From Malacoraja senta (Eukaryota): a stretch of DNA of 64,000 nucleotides. Positions 1 to 13,062 of the stretch are shown piece by piece (the first letter of the stretch is position 1; every line of letters starts with the position of its first letter). The translations under genes and the position numbers were made by a program. The notes beneath the pieces were generated by a model. That model searched no databases, was not told the DNA's origin, and saw nothing but the letters and a program-made list of their open reading frames with translations. The DNA lies in contig CM075988.1 of NCBI GenBank assembly GCA_038087875.1, forward strand, positions 9,922,001-9,986,000, read 5' to 3'.

Positions 1-544
1 CCCAAGGCTGCAACCCCTTGATGTCAATGTCTGCTAGCTGCAGTTGGAGCGTCAATCCCAGGCAAGGAATCGGCTCCGATGGTACGTACACGCCCCACGG
101 TGGGGCTCAAAGTCAGTTCCGAGCAAGGCCTCCAGCTCCATAATATTAGGCTACAGCGCGACTGGAGATATGACCCAGAAAACAATTGCATCTCCGGCAA
201 GGTAAGAGATTGAAAAAATAGTTTCCCATGACCCCCTCCCCCATTCCCCACATAAAGCAAACCAGAGAACATTAACACAAACTTGTAAAACACACTAAAA
301 ATAGCAACAAAAAATGAGGAAAGGACAGACAGACTGTTGGCGAGGCACCCGATGGTGTTTTAAATGTTGTTGCCGTACCTGCCTGAACTATTTCCTCCAG
401 CAGCTTTAATTTAGCAGTAACAAAAAAATGGCAACATTGCGAGTGACGTCCACAAACCATTTGTGCAGGAAAAGAATGGGAACGTGAGGTGTCCCAGGAT
501 GGAGTGCAGTGTTCCCCTAATGAAAAGTAGCAAGCTGCACCAGA

Positions 545-1620
545 GTCATAGAGTCATAGTCATACAGCATGGAACAAGGCCTTTCAGCCCAACTTGCCCA
601 TGCTGACCAAAACGCCCCATCTACGCTAGTCCTACCTACTTGCGTTTGGCCCATGTCCCTCTAAACATCTCCTATCCATGCACCTGTCCAACTGTCTTCT
701 ACTGCAGTTGTACAGGGTCTTGGTGAGACCACACCTGGAGTATTGCGTACAGTTTTGGTCTCCTAATCTGAGGAAAGACATACTTGCCATAGAGGGAGTA
801 CAGAGTAGGTTCACCAGACTGATTCCTGGGATGGCAGGACTTTCATATCAAGAAAGACTGGATAGACTCGGCTTGTACTCTCTAGAATTTAGAAGATTGA
901 GGGGGGATCTTATAGAAACTTACAAAATTCTTAAGGGGTTGGACAGGCTAGATGCAGGAAGATTATTCCCGATGTTGGGGAAATCCAAAACAAGGGGTCA
1001 CAGTTTAAGGATAAGGGAGAAGTCTTTTAGGACCGAGATGAGAAAATCATTTTTTACACAGAGTGTGGTGAATCTGTGGAATTCTCTGCCACAGAAGGTA
1101 GTTGAGGCCAGTTCATTGGCTATATTTAAGAGGGAGTTAGATGTGGCCCTTGTGGCTAAAGGGATCAGGGGGTATGGAGAGAAGGCAGGTACAGGATACT
1201 GAGTTGGATGATCAGCCATGATCATATTGAATGGCGGTGCAGGCTCGAAGGGCCGAATGGCCTACTCCTGTACCTATGTTCTATGTTTCTATGTTTCTAA
1301 ATGTCTAGTACCTGTCTCAACTACCTCTTCTGGCTGCTCGTTCCATATACCAAACACCCTCTGTGTGAAAACGTTGCCCCTCAGGTTCCAATTAAATCTT
1401 CCCCCTCTCACCTTGATTGTAATCATGTATCGTCAGTCCACTGACTGGATAGAACACAACAAAAAGCTTTTCACTGTACCTGAGTACATGTGACAATAAA
1501 CTGAAGTAAACTAAACTAAACTAAACATGTCCTCTGGTTCTTAATTCCCCTGCTCTGGGTAAAAGACTGTGTGCATTCACCTTACAATTCCCCTCATGAT
1601 TTTATGAACCTCTATAAGAC
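545..1620 (-). mobile_element. Older CR1 LINE 3' fragment, split by two nested insertions (697-1299 and about 1414-1527)
   Basis: (AGAGTCAT)n tail at 543-560. Antisense CR1 3' sequence resumes at 1300 and again at 1528. Confidence 0.7.
697..1299 (+). mobile_element. Young 5'-truncated CR1 LINE (ORF2 C-terminus, 3' UTR, (CTATGTTT)n tail)
   Basis: ORF 678-1202 contains LYRVLVRPHLEYCVQFWSP..LEFRRLRGDLIETYKI..VNLWNSLP. Nearly identical to the copies at 42990-43682 and 46565-47170. Confidence 0.9.
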
Positions 1621-4445
1621 TTCTATGATCAAAGCCTATGGATATTTGAAGGCTGAGCTGTCTGTGTGTAGTGACATCAATAATTTTGTAGCCAAGGCCA
1701 AAGCTGAAAGTAAATCACGCACCATACACGAGGCATGGAATTCACTGAGGAAAATGGTCAGAATTACATTAAAGTAGTCACGAAGCTTAGCAAGAGTTAA
1801 AATAAAGACCAATATGTTCTATCAATTCCAGTGTGAAGCCACAGGCTCTACCGAAAATAAATCTCAAAGACTCTGAAAAGTAATTACCCTACTGTTTTGC
1901 TCCCAAATGAGGAAAGTAATGGTTCATCAGAAGACCCGGTGGCAATGTGTGGTGAACAATACAGCAATGTTCATTGAAAGTTTTAGTAATAATTAAACAG
2001 GCACCTTCAAAACAACCCTCACAGCATTCATACAAAAACCATTGGCAAAGTGCTACAATTGTCAATATCTGCATTGCAAGGTCTTTACTGCTTCTTTACT
2101 AAGCAGACAGACGTATCTCAGGTAAAGGCCCTGACAAATAGACAGAAAAATTGAGCAACTTTGTAATATGTTAAATCCTAGAGCTTACATACTGGAGAAG
2201 CACAATAGGAAAAGAGGCCAACATAGTGAAGGTAACTTAAAGCCCATGTTAGGAGAGGCAATGAATAGATTTAGGAGGCGTTTGGACTACAAGGCATAGC
2301 TAGTTGGTGTAAAGATAAACACAGGAGGTTGTAAACCAGGCATGGGATAAGAAAGGTCACTTTTGAGACCCATTTGCAACACAAATGAAATAATAGTTTT
2401 CTAATTAAGAGGGAACAGGAAGTTGATGGTTGATGAATTATTTAAAAAATGTAAAATCTGCATGCAACCATTGTGTCATGAGAAAATAGAAAGGGTGTGG
2501 GTGCTGTGAATCATTGAAACACTTTGGGTTCTCTCAAAGTGCTTCCCAGTGTGCACGGTTAAGGCTTTGAATAAACCTAGTTCTTTGGGAAACTCACCAC
2601 TGCTTTACGAGATGGTCTTTGTGTGCTGCCCGACTAAGGTCAAACACACAGTTCCATCCAATAATGATGTCTTGCAGAGGGCCTGTTTCTATATCTAAAC
2701 TAAAACTAATCTAAACTAAACCTGCATTAGCAAGTGACTGTGTCCAGTATGGATGTGCTGTTTGCTAATGGTGAAATATACTCTTTTATACACCAGTCAA
2801 ATAGCTGTGCATTTGCATAGTAGTTAACAAGACATGGCAATATTAAAGATCATTTGTTGAGGTGAATGTCCTGTTCACAATTCCAATCAGAAATCAAAAG
2901 GGCCATTTCATAATACTTCATTTCAAAGGATCTATTCTGTCCTTTTGAAAGTATGTTGTTACTCATCTGGCTTTGCAACCTGTTCTTCTGTGTTTAATGT
3001 GTGACCAAGTATACATTTCATTTGAAAGGTCTTACTCTCGATTATAATGGTGTACTTCCTGTGATTATTCTCAAGAGGCGTCCTTAGAAGTTAGGCAGAC
3101 TTCCATCATGCACTTACGAATAAAATGATCATGCAACCTTTTAAGCTGAAATTGGCTATCTTGATATTCAATTCCAACACATAATAGAACATGCTGCACT
3201 CACACAGTGGCCCAGATGTGAAAAATAAAGGTAGCAGTTTTAAAACAAGTACAGAGAATAAAAGAAGCAAGAAAGAGAGACATTCAGCTTCCCATCTCTG
3301 CTCTACCATGGGTATGGCTAAAGTGTTATCCAGCCTTACTTTCCTGCACTAATCCCATACTAATGACCTTCCCTTGCTCTGCAGTGTGTCCATGTACTGG
3401 ATACAGTAGCAGAAACAAATTGACTCAGATTGTGCCCAACAACACCTGGGATTTGAGTTCATAATATTTCAAAGTATTTAAAAAAAAAAAAAAATTAACA
3501 AATGAAAAATTCCAGTAAAGGAGAGTTTTGGACACCTGGATGGTGGAAAGAACTGGGACGGAAACTGCAGCCATTAATTTTGCTCCTTCTTAGATTCCAT
3601 TAAAAGTTGACACAAGACTGCAGATGATGGAGTCTTGAGCAAAAAACAAACTACTGGTCTCGACCCGAGCCGTCACCTATCCATGTTCTCCAGAGATGCT
3701 GCCCGACCTTCCGAGTTGCTCCAGCACTTTGTCCTTTTTTGTATTAACCAATATCTGCATTCTTTATTACTACGGCTGGAGGAACTCAGTGGCTCGGACT
3801 GAAAAATGGTCCCAACGCAAAAAATCGTTGCCCATTTCCCTTTCTGCTGATGCTGCCGGACACATTGAACTCCTCCAGCATGTTGTCTTTAGTCCATTTA
3901 ATAGTGTCTGTTCAAGTAAACACACAAAAAACAGTTCTTCGCATATTGTGTTCAACCAGTTTTTTCACTCAAAATGTATGTCAGAAAGCTTATATCCCTT
4001 AAATCCTTTCCCATCATTCTTTTACCACATTCCTAAAATACCGATATTGGCAACCTGTTGCATGGCATGTCACCAGTTTTGCAAGATTTTGTACTTATAA
4101 CCCACTCTCTTGTGCTGTGGGTCTGTCATGTGTAGTTTACATTAATATATTCATGAAGGACACATCTTGGCACTTCAAAAATAGATTTTTTTTACTTAAC
4201 AATATTACACTTGCAGACTATGCCTCAGTTTTCATTTGAAAGACTTTGGATTTCAATCTGCTACAAATAGAATTGTTACACAAATGGAATGTTGCTCCGT
4301 CATTTATTGGAGCCTCAAGATGCACCATTGTGCTCCAATTTAAAAAAAAAAAAAATCCTCTCCCTTGGAAATGTGGAAAAAACATTCTGGTGCCAAATGG
4401 GATTTATAATATAAAATTCTAAACGTCTTAGAGCTATCAGAGAGC

Positions 4446-6482
4446 TTTGAAGGCGTAGATCGGTTCGGCACGGGAACCTAACTGAAGCTTGAACTTAGGA
4501 TTAGATGAAAAGTTATACTTTATAACCTACGAACCTATCTCCAATGATGTATTATTAGTAAATTATTCCACTCTTTTTTTTTATCTTGACATTTGTGGGG
4601 TTTTTCTTCTCAGATTCAGATTCAACTTTATTGTCATTGCGCAGTGTACAGTACAGAGGCAACGAAATGCAGTTAGCATCTCCCTAGAAGAGCGACATAA
4701 ATATGAGCAGTAAATAAATAAATCTAATAAATCCTGGTGGGAGGAGTGTCCGGGGGGGGGGGGGCGGTGATTGGCAGTCACCGAGGTACAGTGTTGAGTA
4801 GTGTAACCGCCGCAGGGAAGAAGCTGTTCCTGGACCTGCTGGTCCAGCAACGGAGAGACATGTAGCGCCTCCCGGATGAGCGCCCTTCGCAGACAACGCT
4901 TGCTTTGGACAGACTCAATGGTGGGGAGTGAGAAACCGGTGATGTGTTGGGCAATTTTCACCACCCACTGCAGTGCTTTCCGGTCGGAGACAGAGCAGTT
5001 GCCATACCATACTGTGATACAGTTGGTAAGGATGCTCTCGATGGTGCAGCGGTAGAAGTTCACCAGAATCTGAGGAGACAGATGGACCTTCTTTAGTCTC
5101 CTCAGGAAGAAGAGACGCTGGTGAGCCTTCTTGACCAGAGTTGAGGTATTGTTGGTCCAACAGAGGTCATCGGAGATGTTGACCCCCAGGAACCTGAGGC
5201 TAGAAACGCGTTCCACCTCCGTCCCGTTAATGTGGATGGGGGTGTGCGTGCTGCCCCTAGATTTCCTGAAGTCTACAACAAGCTCCTTGGTCTTCTTGGA
5301 GTTAAGGGCCAGGTTGTTGTCAGCGCACCATGCTGCTAGGAGCTGGACCTCCTCCCTATAGGCCGACTCATCGTTGTTGCTGATGAGGCCAATCACCGTT
5401 GTATCATCTGCATACTTGATGATGGTGTTAGTACCATGTACAGGTGTGCAGTCGTAGGTGAAGAGGGAGTAGAGGAGGGGGCTCAGCACACAGCCCTGTG
5501 GAACGCCGGTGTTCAGGGTGAGGGTTGAAGAGGTGTGCTTGTCTAACCTAACAGACTGGGGTCTGTTGGTTAGAAAGTCCAGTATCCAGTTGCAGAGGGA
5601 GGGGTCGATGCCCAGGTCACCAAGTTTGGTGATCAGTTTAGAGGGTATGATGGTGTTGAATGCTGAGCTGTAATCGAAGAACAGCATTCTTACGTAAGTG
5701 TCTCTGTTGTCGAGGTGGGAGAGGGCGGAGTGAAGTGCCGTTGAGATGGCATCCTCCGTACTCCTGTTCTTGCGGTAGGCAAACTGATAGGGATCCAATG
5801 TGGGGGGTAGGCAGCCTTTGAGGTGTGCCAGGACCAGCCTCTCGAAGCACTTGGCGATGATGGGAGTAAGTGCAACTGGACAGAAGTCGTTGAGGCTCGC
5901 CGCAGTGGAGTGTTTTGGCACCGGCACGATGGAGGTGGATTTAAGGCACGTGGGCACAACTGCTTGGGCAAGTGACAGGTTGAAGATGTCAGTCCAGACG
6001 TCTGTCAGCTGTGCAGCACAGGCCCTGAGGATGCGCCCGGGGATGCCATCGGGGCCTGCAGCCTTACTCAGTGCCACGTACACGTCGTAGGGGGTGAGTG
6101 AGAGGGGCTGGTGATCAGCAGGGAGCACCACCTTGATGGCCAACTGCCGATTGTCCCTATCGAAGCGGCCATAGAAGTGGTTACGCTCCTCAAGGAAGAA
6201 GGCGTTGCTGGATGTGGGGGTGGTGTTGGTGGGTCTAAAGTCCGTGATGGCCTGGATGCCTTGCCACATGCGTCGGGGGTCGGAGTTGTTGTTGAAGTGC
6301 TAGTGTATAGTGAAGTGCTTCTCTCTTTCTTTCTCACTTTCTATCTATAAATAAAAAACTAGAAGCAGAATCAATCCACAATTGATAATATTAATAATGT
6401 ATGATTGATATACATGAAATGTTTTTACCATAATATGTCTTTGCTTCTAATAAAAATATTATTAAAAAAAAATAATTAAAAA
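4446..6482 (+). mobile_element. Poly(A)-tailed retro-insertion, probably an L1-clade 3' UTR, interrupted by a Rex1 element
   Basis: 16-bp TSD AGAGCTATCAGAGAGC at 4430-4445 and 6483-6498. AATAAA near 6449 followed by an A-rich tail. Confidence 0.75.
4611..6297 (-). mobile_element. Rex1/Babar-type LINE, 5'-truncated RT region
   Basis: ORF 4581-6269 contains [37 protein letters not shown] and FLGV. (TGAATC)n-type tail at 4611-4624. Small internal deletions. Confidence 0.9.
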
Positions 6483-6646
6483 AGAGCTATCAGAGAGCAA
6501 GAAAGTCATCAGTTTTTTCACTTAATTAGTTGCAAGCTGTACATTAAACTTCATTAGGAACTGGAGGACAATAGTTGTAAGTTACTCGCTGCCCTTAGTA
6601 TCTAACATTCAATACTCAATATGATGACCAGTATAGTATCTTTACC

Positions 6647-7252
6647 TTAGACTTCAGACTTTAGACATACAGCGCAGAAACAGGCTATTTGGCCCACTGA
6701 GTCCTCGCCAACCAGCGATCACCCCATACACTAGCACCATCATACACATTATTGCTGCACAGTAGCGCAGCGGAAGAGTTGCTCCCTTACAGCGCCTGAG
6801 ACCCGGGTTTGATCCTGACAATGGGTGCTTGTCTGTACGGTGTTTGAATGTTCTCCCCATGATGTGCATGGGTTTTCTCCGAGAACCTCGGTTTCCTCCA
6901 AAACTCCAAAAACGTACAGGTTTGCAGACTAATTGGCTTAGTATAAATGTAAATTGTCCCTAGTGTGTGTAGGATAGTGCTAATGTGTGGGGATCACAAG
7001 TCGGTGCGGACTCGGTTGACCGAAGAACCTGTTTCTATGCTGTATCTCTAAACTAAACTGCACTAGGGACAATTTACAATATTACCACGCCCATTTAACC
7101 AACATACTTTTACGTCTTTGGAGTGTGGGAGAAAACTAGAGCACCTGGACAAAACCCACATGGTCACGGGGAGAATGTACAAACTCCATACAGACAGCAC
7201 CCGTAATCAGGTCCGAACCCGGGTAAGGCAGCAACTATACCACTGTGCTGCT
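6647..7252 (-). mobile_element. tRNA-derived V-domain SINE interrupted by a second SINE
   Basis: 3' part at 6647-6748 and 5' part at 7061-7252 are antisense to the SINE copies elsewhere in the window. Confidence 0.8.
6756..7059 (+). mobile_element. tRNA-derived V-domain SINE nested in the opposite orientation
   Basis: A/B-box-like head (TAGCGCAGCGG, GGGTTTGATCC), central TTCTCCCC..GGTTTCCTCC domain, CTAAACTAAA tail. Confidence 0.85.
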
Positions 7253-7491
7253 GTGTCGCACTGTGCTGCTTCTGAACTGAAGTGAAGAAAAGTTGAATAG
7301 AAGATGCAAATAATGTTCAGCACTAACAGTGAAGGACAACTTTCTGAGCAAATCAAACATGAGCATACAATTCGAGGTCAAACTCAAAACACTAGGAATA
7401 TTAAGGCAGTAGTCAGTGTGATGCAGATCAAAAATAATCTTCAGGAAGTTGCCCGTTGAACTCCTCAAATGAAAAGTTAAATCATTCTAGT

Positions 7492-8086
7492 TTTGATTGA
7501 TTGATTGATATACCTTTAATAATCCTTTACAGGAAATTACAGTGCCACGACAGCTTCAAGACAGACATAACACCACACATTTCCTCAAATAGCTTCCATA
7601 CTTAACAAGTTAAAATACAAGTTAAAATACAAGTTAAAATACAATTAATGAAAAAAAAAAGTGCAGTTATTTATGCGCATTATATAACCTTATAGCAGCT
7701 GGTAAACAGGACTTCCTATGTCTCTCAGTTTTGCACATTGGTGCAATCAGTCTCTGACTGAAGATGCTGCTCTTGATCACCTTCAGGGCATGGAGTGGGT
7801 GAGTGGGGTTGGTCATTATTGAACCCAGTTTGTTCAGAGTTCTGGCCTCTGCCACCTGCTGGACCGTTCGTTGCTCAGCCCCGACCACTGAGCTGGCCTT
7901 CCTGATCAGCTTGTCCAGTCTGTTTTTGTCCGCTATGCGGGCGCCATCTCCCCAACAGGCCACAGCAAAAAACAGAGCACTGGCCACCACTGAATGGTAG
8001 ACACTGCACAGTAGGGGTTGGCAGATGTTAAATGACCTCAGCCTCCTTAAAAAATACAGTCGGCTTTGTCCCTTCCTGTACACCGC
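7492..8086 (-). mobile_element. Rex1/Babar-type LINE 3' fragment (second family)
   Basis: ORF segment RKGQSRLYFLRRLRSF..HPLH..AIRLYN. (TCAA)n tail at 7492-7509. Confidence 0.85.
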
Positions 8087-8281
8087 CAGGAAGTACAGGA
8101 AGGGACAAGTCCTTGTTTGTACACCTACATAGTTGTACAAACAAGGAGCTGCAGATGCTGGTTTATAAAAAAAGGATTCAAAAAGGTGGAGTAACATCAG
8201 CAGGTCAGACAGCATCTCTAATGAGTTCTTCAGAGTCTATCTTCGTGCCCTTCATCCCAACCTGAAATGTCATCTATCCAT

Positions 8282-8558
8282 TGTAGATCAGTGCATGCTC
8301 CTTCAACATAGTGACCTCACCACTACTAACCACTCCCCATTATCTTCAGTATAATTGTATGTAAAGACTTGCCAAACACGTGATGTCTTCACTACTAGTT
8401 TATTGCAGACATTGTAATTATACACACACACAGTGCCCTAGCTGTTCGTGGTCCGTCACCGGAGCTGGGGGTGGGGAGGCTACAATTATACTGAAGATAA
8501 TGGGGAGTGGTTAGTAGTGGTGAGGTCACTATGTTAAAGGAGCATGCACTGATCTACA
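8282..8558. mobile_element. MITE with 78-bp TIRs, TGT..ACA termini and a 5-bp TSD (Ginger-like)
   Basis: TIRs at 8282-8359 and 8481-8558 differ at one position. TSD TCCAT at 8277-8281 and 8559-8563. Inserted in a Penelope-derived repeat. Confidence 0.9.
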
Positions 8559-10819
8559 TCCATTTCCTCCAGAGATGCTGCCTGACTCATTGAGTTACTC
8601 CAGCATCTTGTGTCCAAATCGTTATAGTTAATGTAGAAAGGATTGGTACGAGTGATTGATGTTGGGTCTGGCAGGGAAAGGCAGCTACTCTAAATGGTGA
8701 TCCTTCTTCCAATTAAACATTCAGAGTGCTGTGTCATGATGTTGATTTATAGCTCCACTGCTTTTACCTGTCAAATTCCTCAAAACTTAAGGCTTTGTTC
8801 TCTTCAATGACAATTAGTTTTTATTCTTTCTAAATACTCCTTCAAGAGTCAAGGGTGATTACCTTCCATTGCTGTTGTAAGAACTCTCAGATGGTTGGTG
8901 TGGGAGCTACAAAACACTATCTCAGATGGGCAGGAGCTGCTCAATGCTTGAGAGGTGAGCATCTGGGCACCGTGGAAAATTGTGAACTCCTTCCACCATT
9001 GTCGCTGGGCTTACTTGGAGGCATTAAACAATTTTGCTGCCATCATCAATGCTCCTTCTCAGTTCTGAGTGGTCGTGGGTCAGAGATTCCCAGAAGTAAA
9101 TTTGAAGATGTTACCTGTTGGTCAGGACTATTCTTGAAATGTTTGCCCTATTCCCCTTGTTCAACTTTTGATCAGCATTCAGAGTAGAGAGCCTGTTTTC
9201 AGGGTAGAGAGCCTGTTAGGCAAAGCCTGGTAATTGTCTATGAGAAACAAGGAACTACAGATACAATAAAAGACCAAGAGTGCTGGTGTAACTCAGCGGG
9301 TCAAGCAGCATCTCTGAAGAACATGGATAGGTGACATTTTGGTTGAGGGCCCTTCTTCAGACTCAGGAGTGTGTTAGTTTACATCATATGACACTGAAGA
9401 AGTCCTTTGAACACATTCTGTACATGGTAGCTCCCAGCAGAGCAATGCCATGTCACATTTTCCTTTTTTTGCCTATTCTCTTTCACATGACCATCAATTC
9501 CTCTTTGATTCTTTAAGCACTTACCTTATAGAGGCCAATTAACCTACCAGCATGTCTTTGAGGTGCAGAAGGAAAGCAGAACACCCAAAGGAAACCCTCG
9601 CAGTCACAAGCAGTTAGTATAAACCCTACTAAGGCCTAATTTGAGGTCAGGACCGAGGTCAAGAGGGAACACCATGACTTCTTATGGTCTTATGAAGGCA
9701 GCAGAATGATGTTGAGAAATTAAATTAGATCAGTCATGTCAAGTCAAGTGAGTTTATTGTCATGTGTCCCTGGTAGGACAATGAAATTCTTGCTTTGCTT
9801 GAGCACAACAGAACATAGTAGGCATTTACTACAAGGCATTCTATAAATATATACACAATGGTCAATATACTGATAAAGTGCAAATAACAGTATTGGCTAG
9901 TAAAGTTCAGTGTTATGTCCGAGCCAGATATGTCCGAGTCATGTCCGAGTCATGATAGAATGTTGTTGTAGACTTGATGGGCCGAATGGCCTAATCCTGC
10001 TTCTATGGTCTTATGGAGATGACCGAGCACCATGGGTTTAGATTTACTGGACCAGACTTTCGTAGGGTAGGCATCACAGCCTTTTCACTGGCATTACTCG
10101 GCCATTTAAGGTTCCTTTCCACAAAGCTCGAGGTGATAATGACGCATTGGAAGAAACATGGAATTTTGGACTTTCATCAGCAATGGATTTTAAAATCCAG
10201 ATGATGAATTAACATGAGTGAAGTCAATGTCAAATAGTGTGCAGAAGGAGATGCAATAAGATGCAGTGAATTAAACGAGAGAGAAAGAGCATTGGAAATG
10301 TTAAAGAAAAGTTGACAGCTAGTAACAATGATCATGTTGTTAAACACACACTTAAACCGTAATTACTAAGGTTAACTATCTTTGGCATATTAATTGGCAA
10401 TTAATAAAGGGCAACTTTACAAAAGAGTTTCACTGTAATGTGTCGTGCGTAGCCAGTCTTGGAACAGTGGAAGCAAAAATGTTTTGTAAAATTAGAAGTC
10501 ATTTTACAAGTCACCCAGAGAAAACCCAAGCGATCACAGGGAGAAATTGCAGACTCTGTTAGACAGTACCCGTAGTCAAGATCAAATCAGAGTCTCTGGT
10601 GCTGTGAGGCAGTAACTCTACCATCCGCTACAGAGTGGGGAGATTCATCTCACCCAAGCAATAGAGTTTAATTAATTTCTTTACCACAGTTCTTATCTCA
10701 ATTGTCAGAGGGGTGGCTCTGTTCAACAGTTCTTTGCCATTTGGAAACCATATTTACTTGGTATAGAAATGACAGAATCAAGCTGAAAGGAGCGCGGGAA
10801 AGATTTACAGGGATGTTTG

Positions 10820-11185
10820 AAACATAGAAACATAGAAACATAGGAAATCGGTGCAGGAGTAGGCCATTTGGCCCTTCGAACGAGCACCACCATTCAATAT
10901 GATCATGGCTGATCGACCAAAATCAGTACCCCGTTCCTGCTTTTTCCCCATATCCCTTGATTCCTTTAGCCCTAAGAACTAAATCTAACTCTCTCTTGAA
11001 AACATCCAGTGAATTGGCCTCCACTGCCTTCTGTGGCAGAGAATTCCACAGTTTCACAACTCTCAGGATGAAAAAGTTTGTCCTCATCTCAGTCCTAAAT
11101 GGCCTACCTCTTATTCTTAAACTGTGACCCCTGGTTCTGGACTCCCCCAATATCGGGAACATTTTTCCTGCATCTAGTCTGTCCT
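10820..11185 (-). mobile_element. CR1 LINE 3' fragment
   Basis: ORF 10923-11192 contains TRGHSLRI..LWNSLP..GYGEKAGTGY. (GAAACATA)n tail. Confidence 0.85.
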
Positions 11186-11348
11186 CCCACACGCCGAAGA
11201 TGTACAGATTTGTCGGTTAATTGGCTTGGTATAATTGTAAATTATCCCTAATGTGTGTAAGATAGTGTAAGTGTGCAGGGATCCTTGGTTGGCACGGACT
11301 TGGTGGGCCAAAGGTCCTATTTAACTCTAAACTAAAATAAAACTAAAT
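11185..11348 (+). mobile_element. SINE 3' half
   Basis: Matches the 3' half of the other SINE copies, with CTAAA tail. Confidence 0.7.
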
Positions 11349-11357
11349 TAGTTCTAA

Positions 11358-11996
11358 TGCCCCTGTCCCACTTCGGCAATTCTTTCAGCGACTACAGGCA
11401 ACTAGGCTTTTTTCACATGGTTGCGAGGTGACGCCTGTATGGTCGTGAATTGTCTCCTCAAGTCGCCTAAAGAGTCGTAACGTTTTTCTGGTCGCCGCTG
11501 GATTTTGACTGTGGGCTTGACGTAGGTTGTCTTCTCCTGTCGTAGGTGCTGTCGTAGGTTGTCGCCATGATGACGCAGGTTGTAGCCAGGTGACATTGTT
11601 TGTCGCCGGGTGCTGACTTCGGTAAATTCTATTGCCGACTACCTACGTCAACCTACATCAACCGGCGACAGGTACCGGCGACTGAATTGTTTTCAGTTGT
11701 CTTCAGTTGTCGCCGACAGGGTCGTTGCTTGTCAGAGCTTGTCGCGGATGGACGTGGGTTGACTTCGATTGTCGTAGGTTGTCGCCTGTGTGGTCGTAGG
11801 TTGACGTAGGTGTGGTCGTAGGTGGACGCCCTAAGTCACGACGATTGGGTCGCCGATTATCGGTAGATTGCGCTAGGCGGTAGGTTGTCATAGACATTGT
11901 CGTAGGGGGTTCCAGTCGATGCTTTTTCGGCGACCTGCTATGACTGTGACAGTCGCCATCAGTCACCAGAAAAATCGCCTAAGTGGGACAGACCCA
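11358..11996. mobile_element. PIF/Harbinger-type MITE with a GTCGTAGGT/GTCGCC-rich interior
   Basis: Termini TGCCCCTGTCCCACTT and AAGTGGGACAGACCCA. TAA TSD at 11355-11357 and 11997-11999. Confidence 0.8.
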
Positions 11997-12339
11997 TAAG
12001 ACTCTAATATCTTTAACAACTCTGAACTTAAAGGGTACAAGATGGCTCCAGAAATGTGTCAACTCTTGTATACTGCCTCAATATAATCTACTAATCTTAC
12101 ACTCTTGTAATTAGGGATGATTGTGCCTAATGTATAGTAAGATTGTTACTGGACTATGCTAAACAATAATTTCACTGTACCTTGGTGCATGTGACATCAA
12201 AGTACCTTTGAACCTTTGTATGCAGCTCAAGGAAGTCATTTGAAAAATGTTACTGTTTATGGCAAGGGAAATTGAACACTTGTAGAAATGTTATAACTTC
12301 ACTTATGCAGGGCATCAGAGAGAACACACTCAGAAGATT

Positions 12340-12845
12340 ACCTATAGGATGCTTCTTATTTAAGGAAGAATGTAAATGTGCTAGAAACAGTTCTGAGACT
12401 AATACCTGGAATGAACAGTTGTCTGATGAAGAAAGATTGAACGGATAGTGTCCACTGGAGTTTGGAATGGGAAATGATGTGATGAAACGTATAAGATCTT
12501 GATGGGTCTTGACAGGATAGGTACAGAGAAGATGTTTGTTCTTGTGGAAAAAATTTAAATGAAAGAACTCGCTTTTGTAATGAGGGATGAGTGATTTGAA
12601 TCAGAGATGAGGAATTTTGTTTTGCTCAGAAGATTATAAATCCTTGGAGGTTTACTCTACAAATCCATTAGTAGCAGAGATTTTGATTATTTTGAGCAGA
12701 GGTGTAAAGCCTTCTGAAAACCTAAAGGAGGGTCAAGGTTATGAGGGGAGATGGGAATGCAGCAATGGGTTATGAGCTGCTTAGCCATGATCGTATTGAA
12801 AGGCAGGGCAGAACTGAGGGCCATTCGGTTTATTCCTTCTTCTCA
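12340..12845 (+). mobile_element. Highly decayed CR1 3' fragment
   Basis: Residual colinear similarity to the young CR1 3' end. Confidence 0.55.
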
Positions 12846-13062
12846 GGCATGTGGAAGGTCACTGGGCCCCAATTGAATCAACTTTATCCTAAATTATAAT
12901 AGTCCCAGTACTTAAAAAAAAAATTATTTCACTGTGAAGGGCATTCGAACAGCCTGAACATATTGTGTGGAACACAAAATGCTAGAGAAATTCATCAGGT
13001 CAGGCAGCATTTCTGGAGAAAAATAACAGGCAGCGTTTTGGGATGGGATTCTTCTTCAGAAG

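Noticed and set aside
1..357. Probable end of a repeat running off the left edge
   Set aside because: No diagnostic motif within the window, so it could not be classified.
678..1202. ATG-started 174-aa ORF as a gene
   Set aside because: The start comes from the antisense host CR1 fused by chance to a truncated CR1 ORF2.
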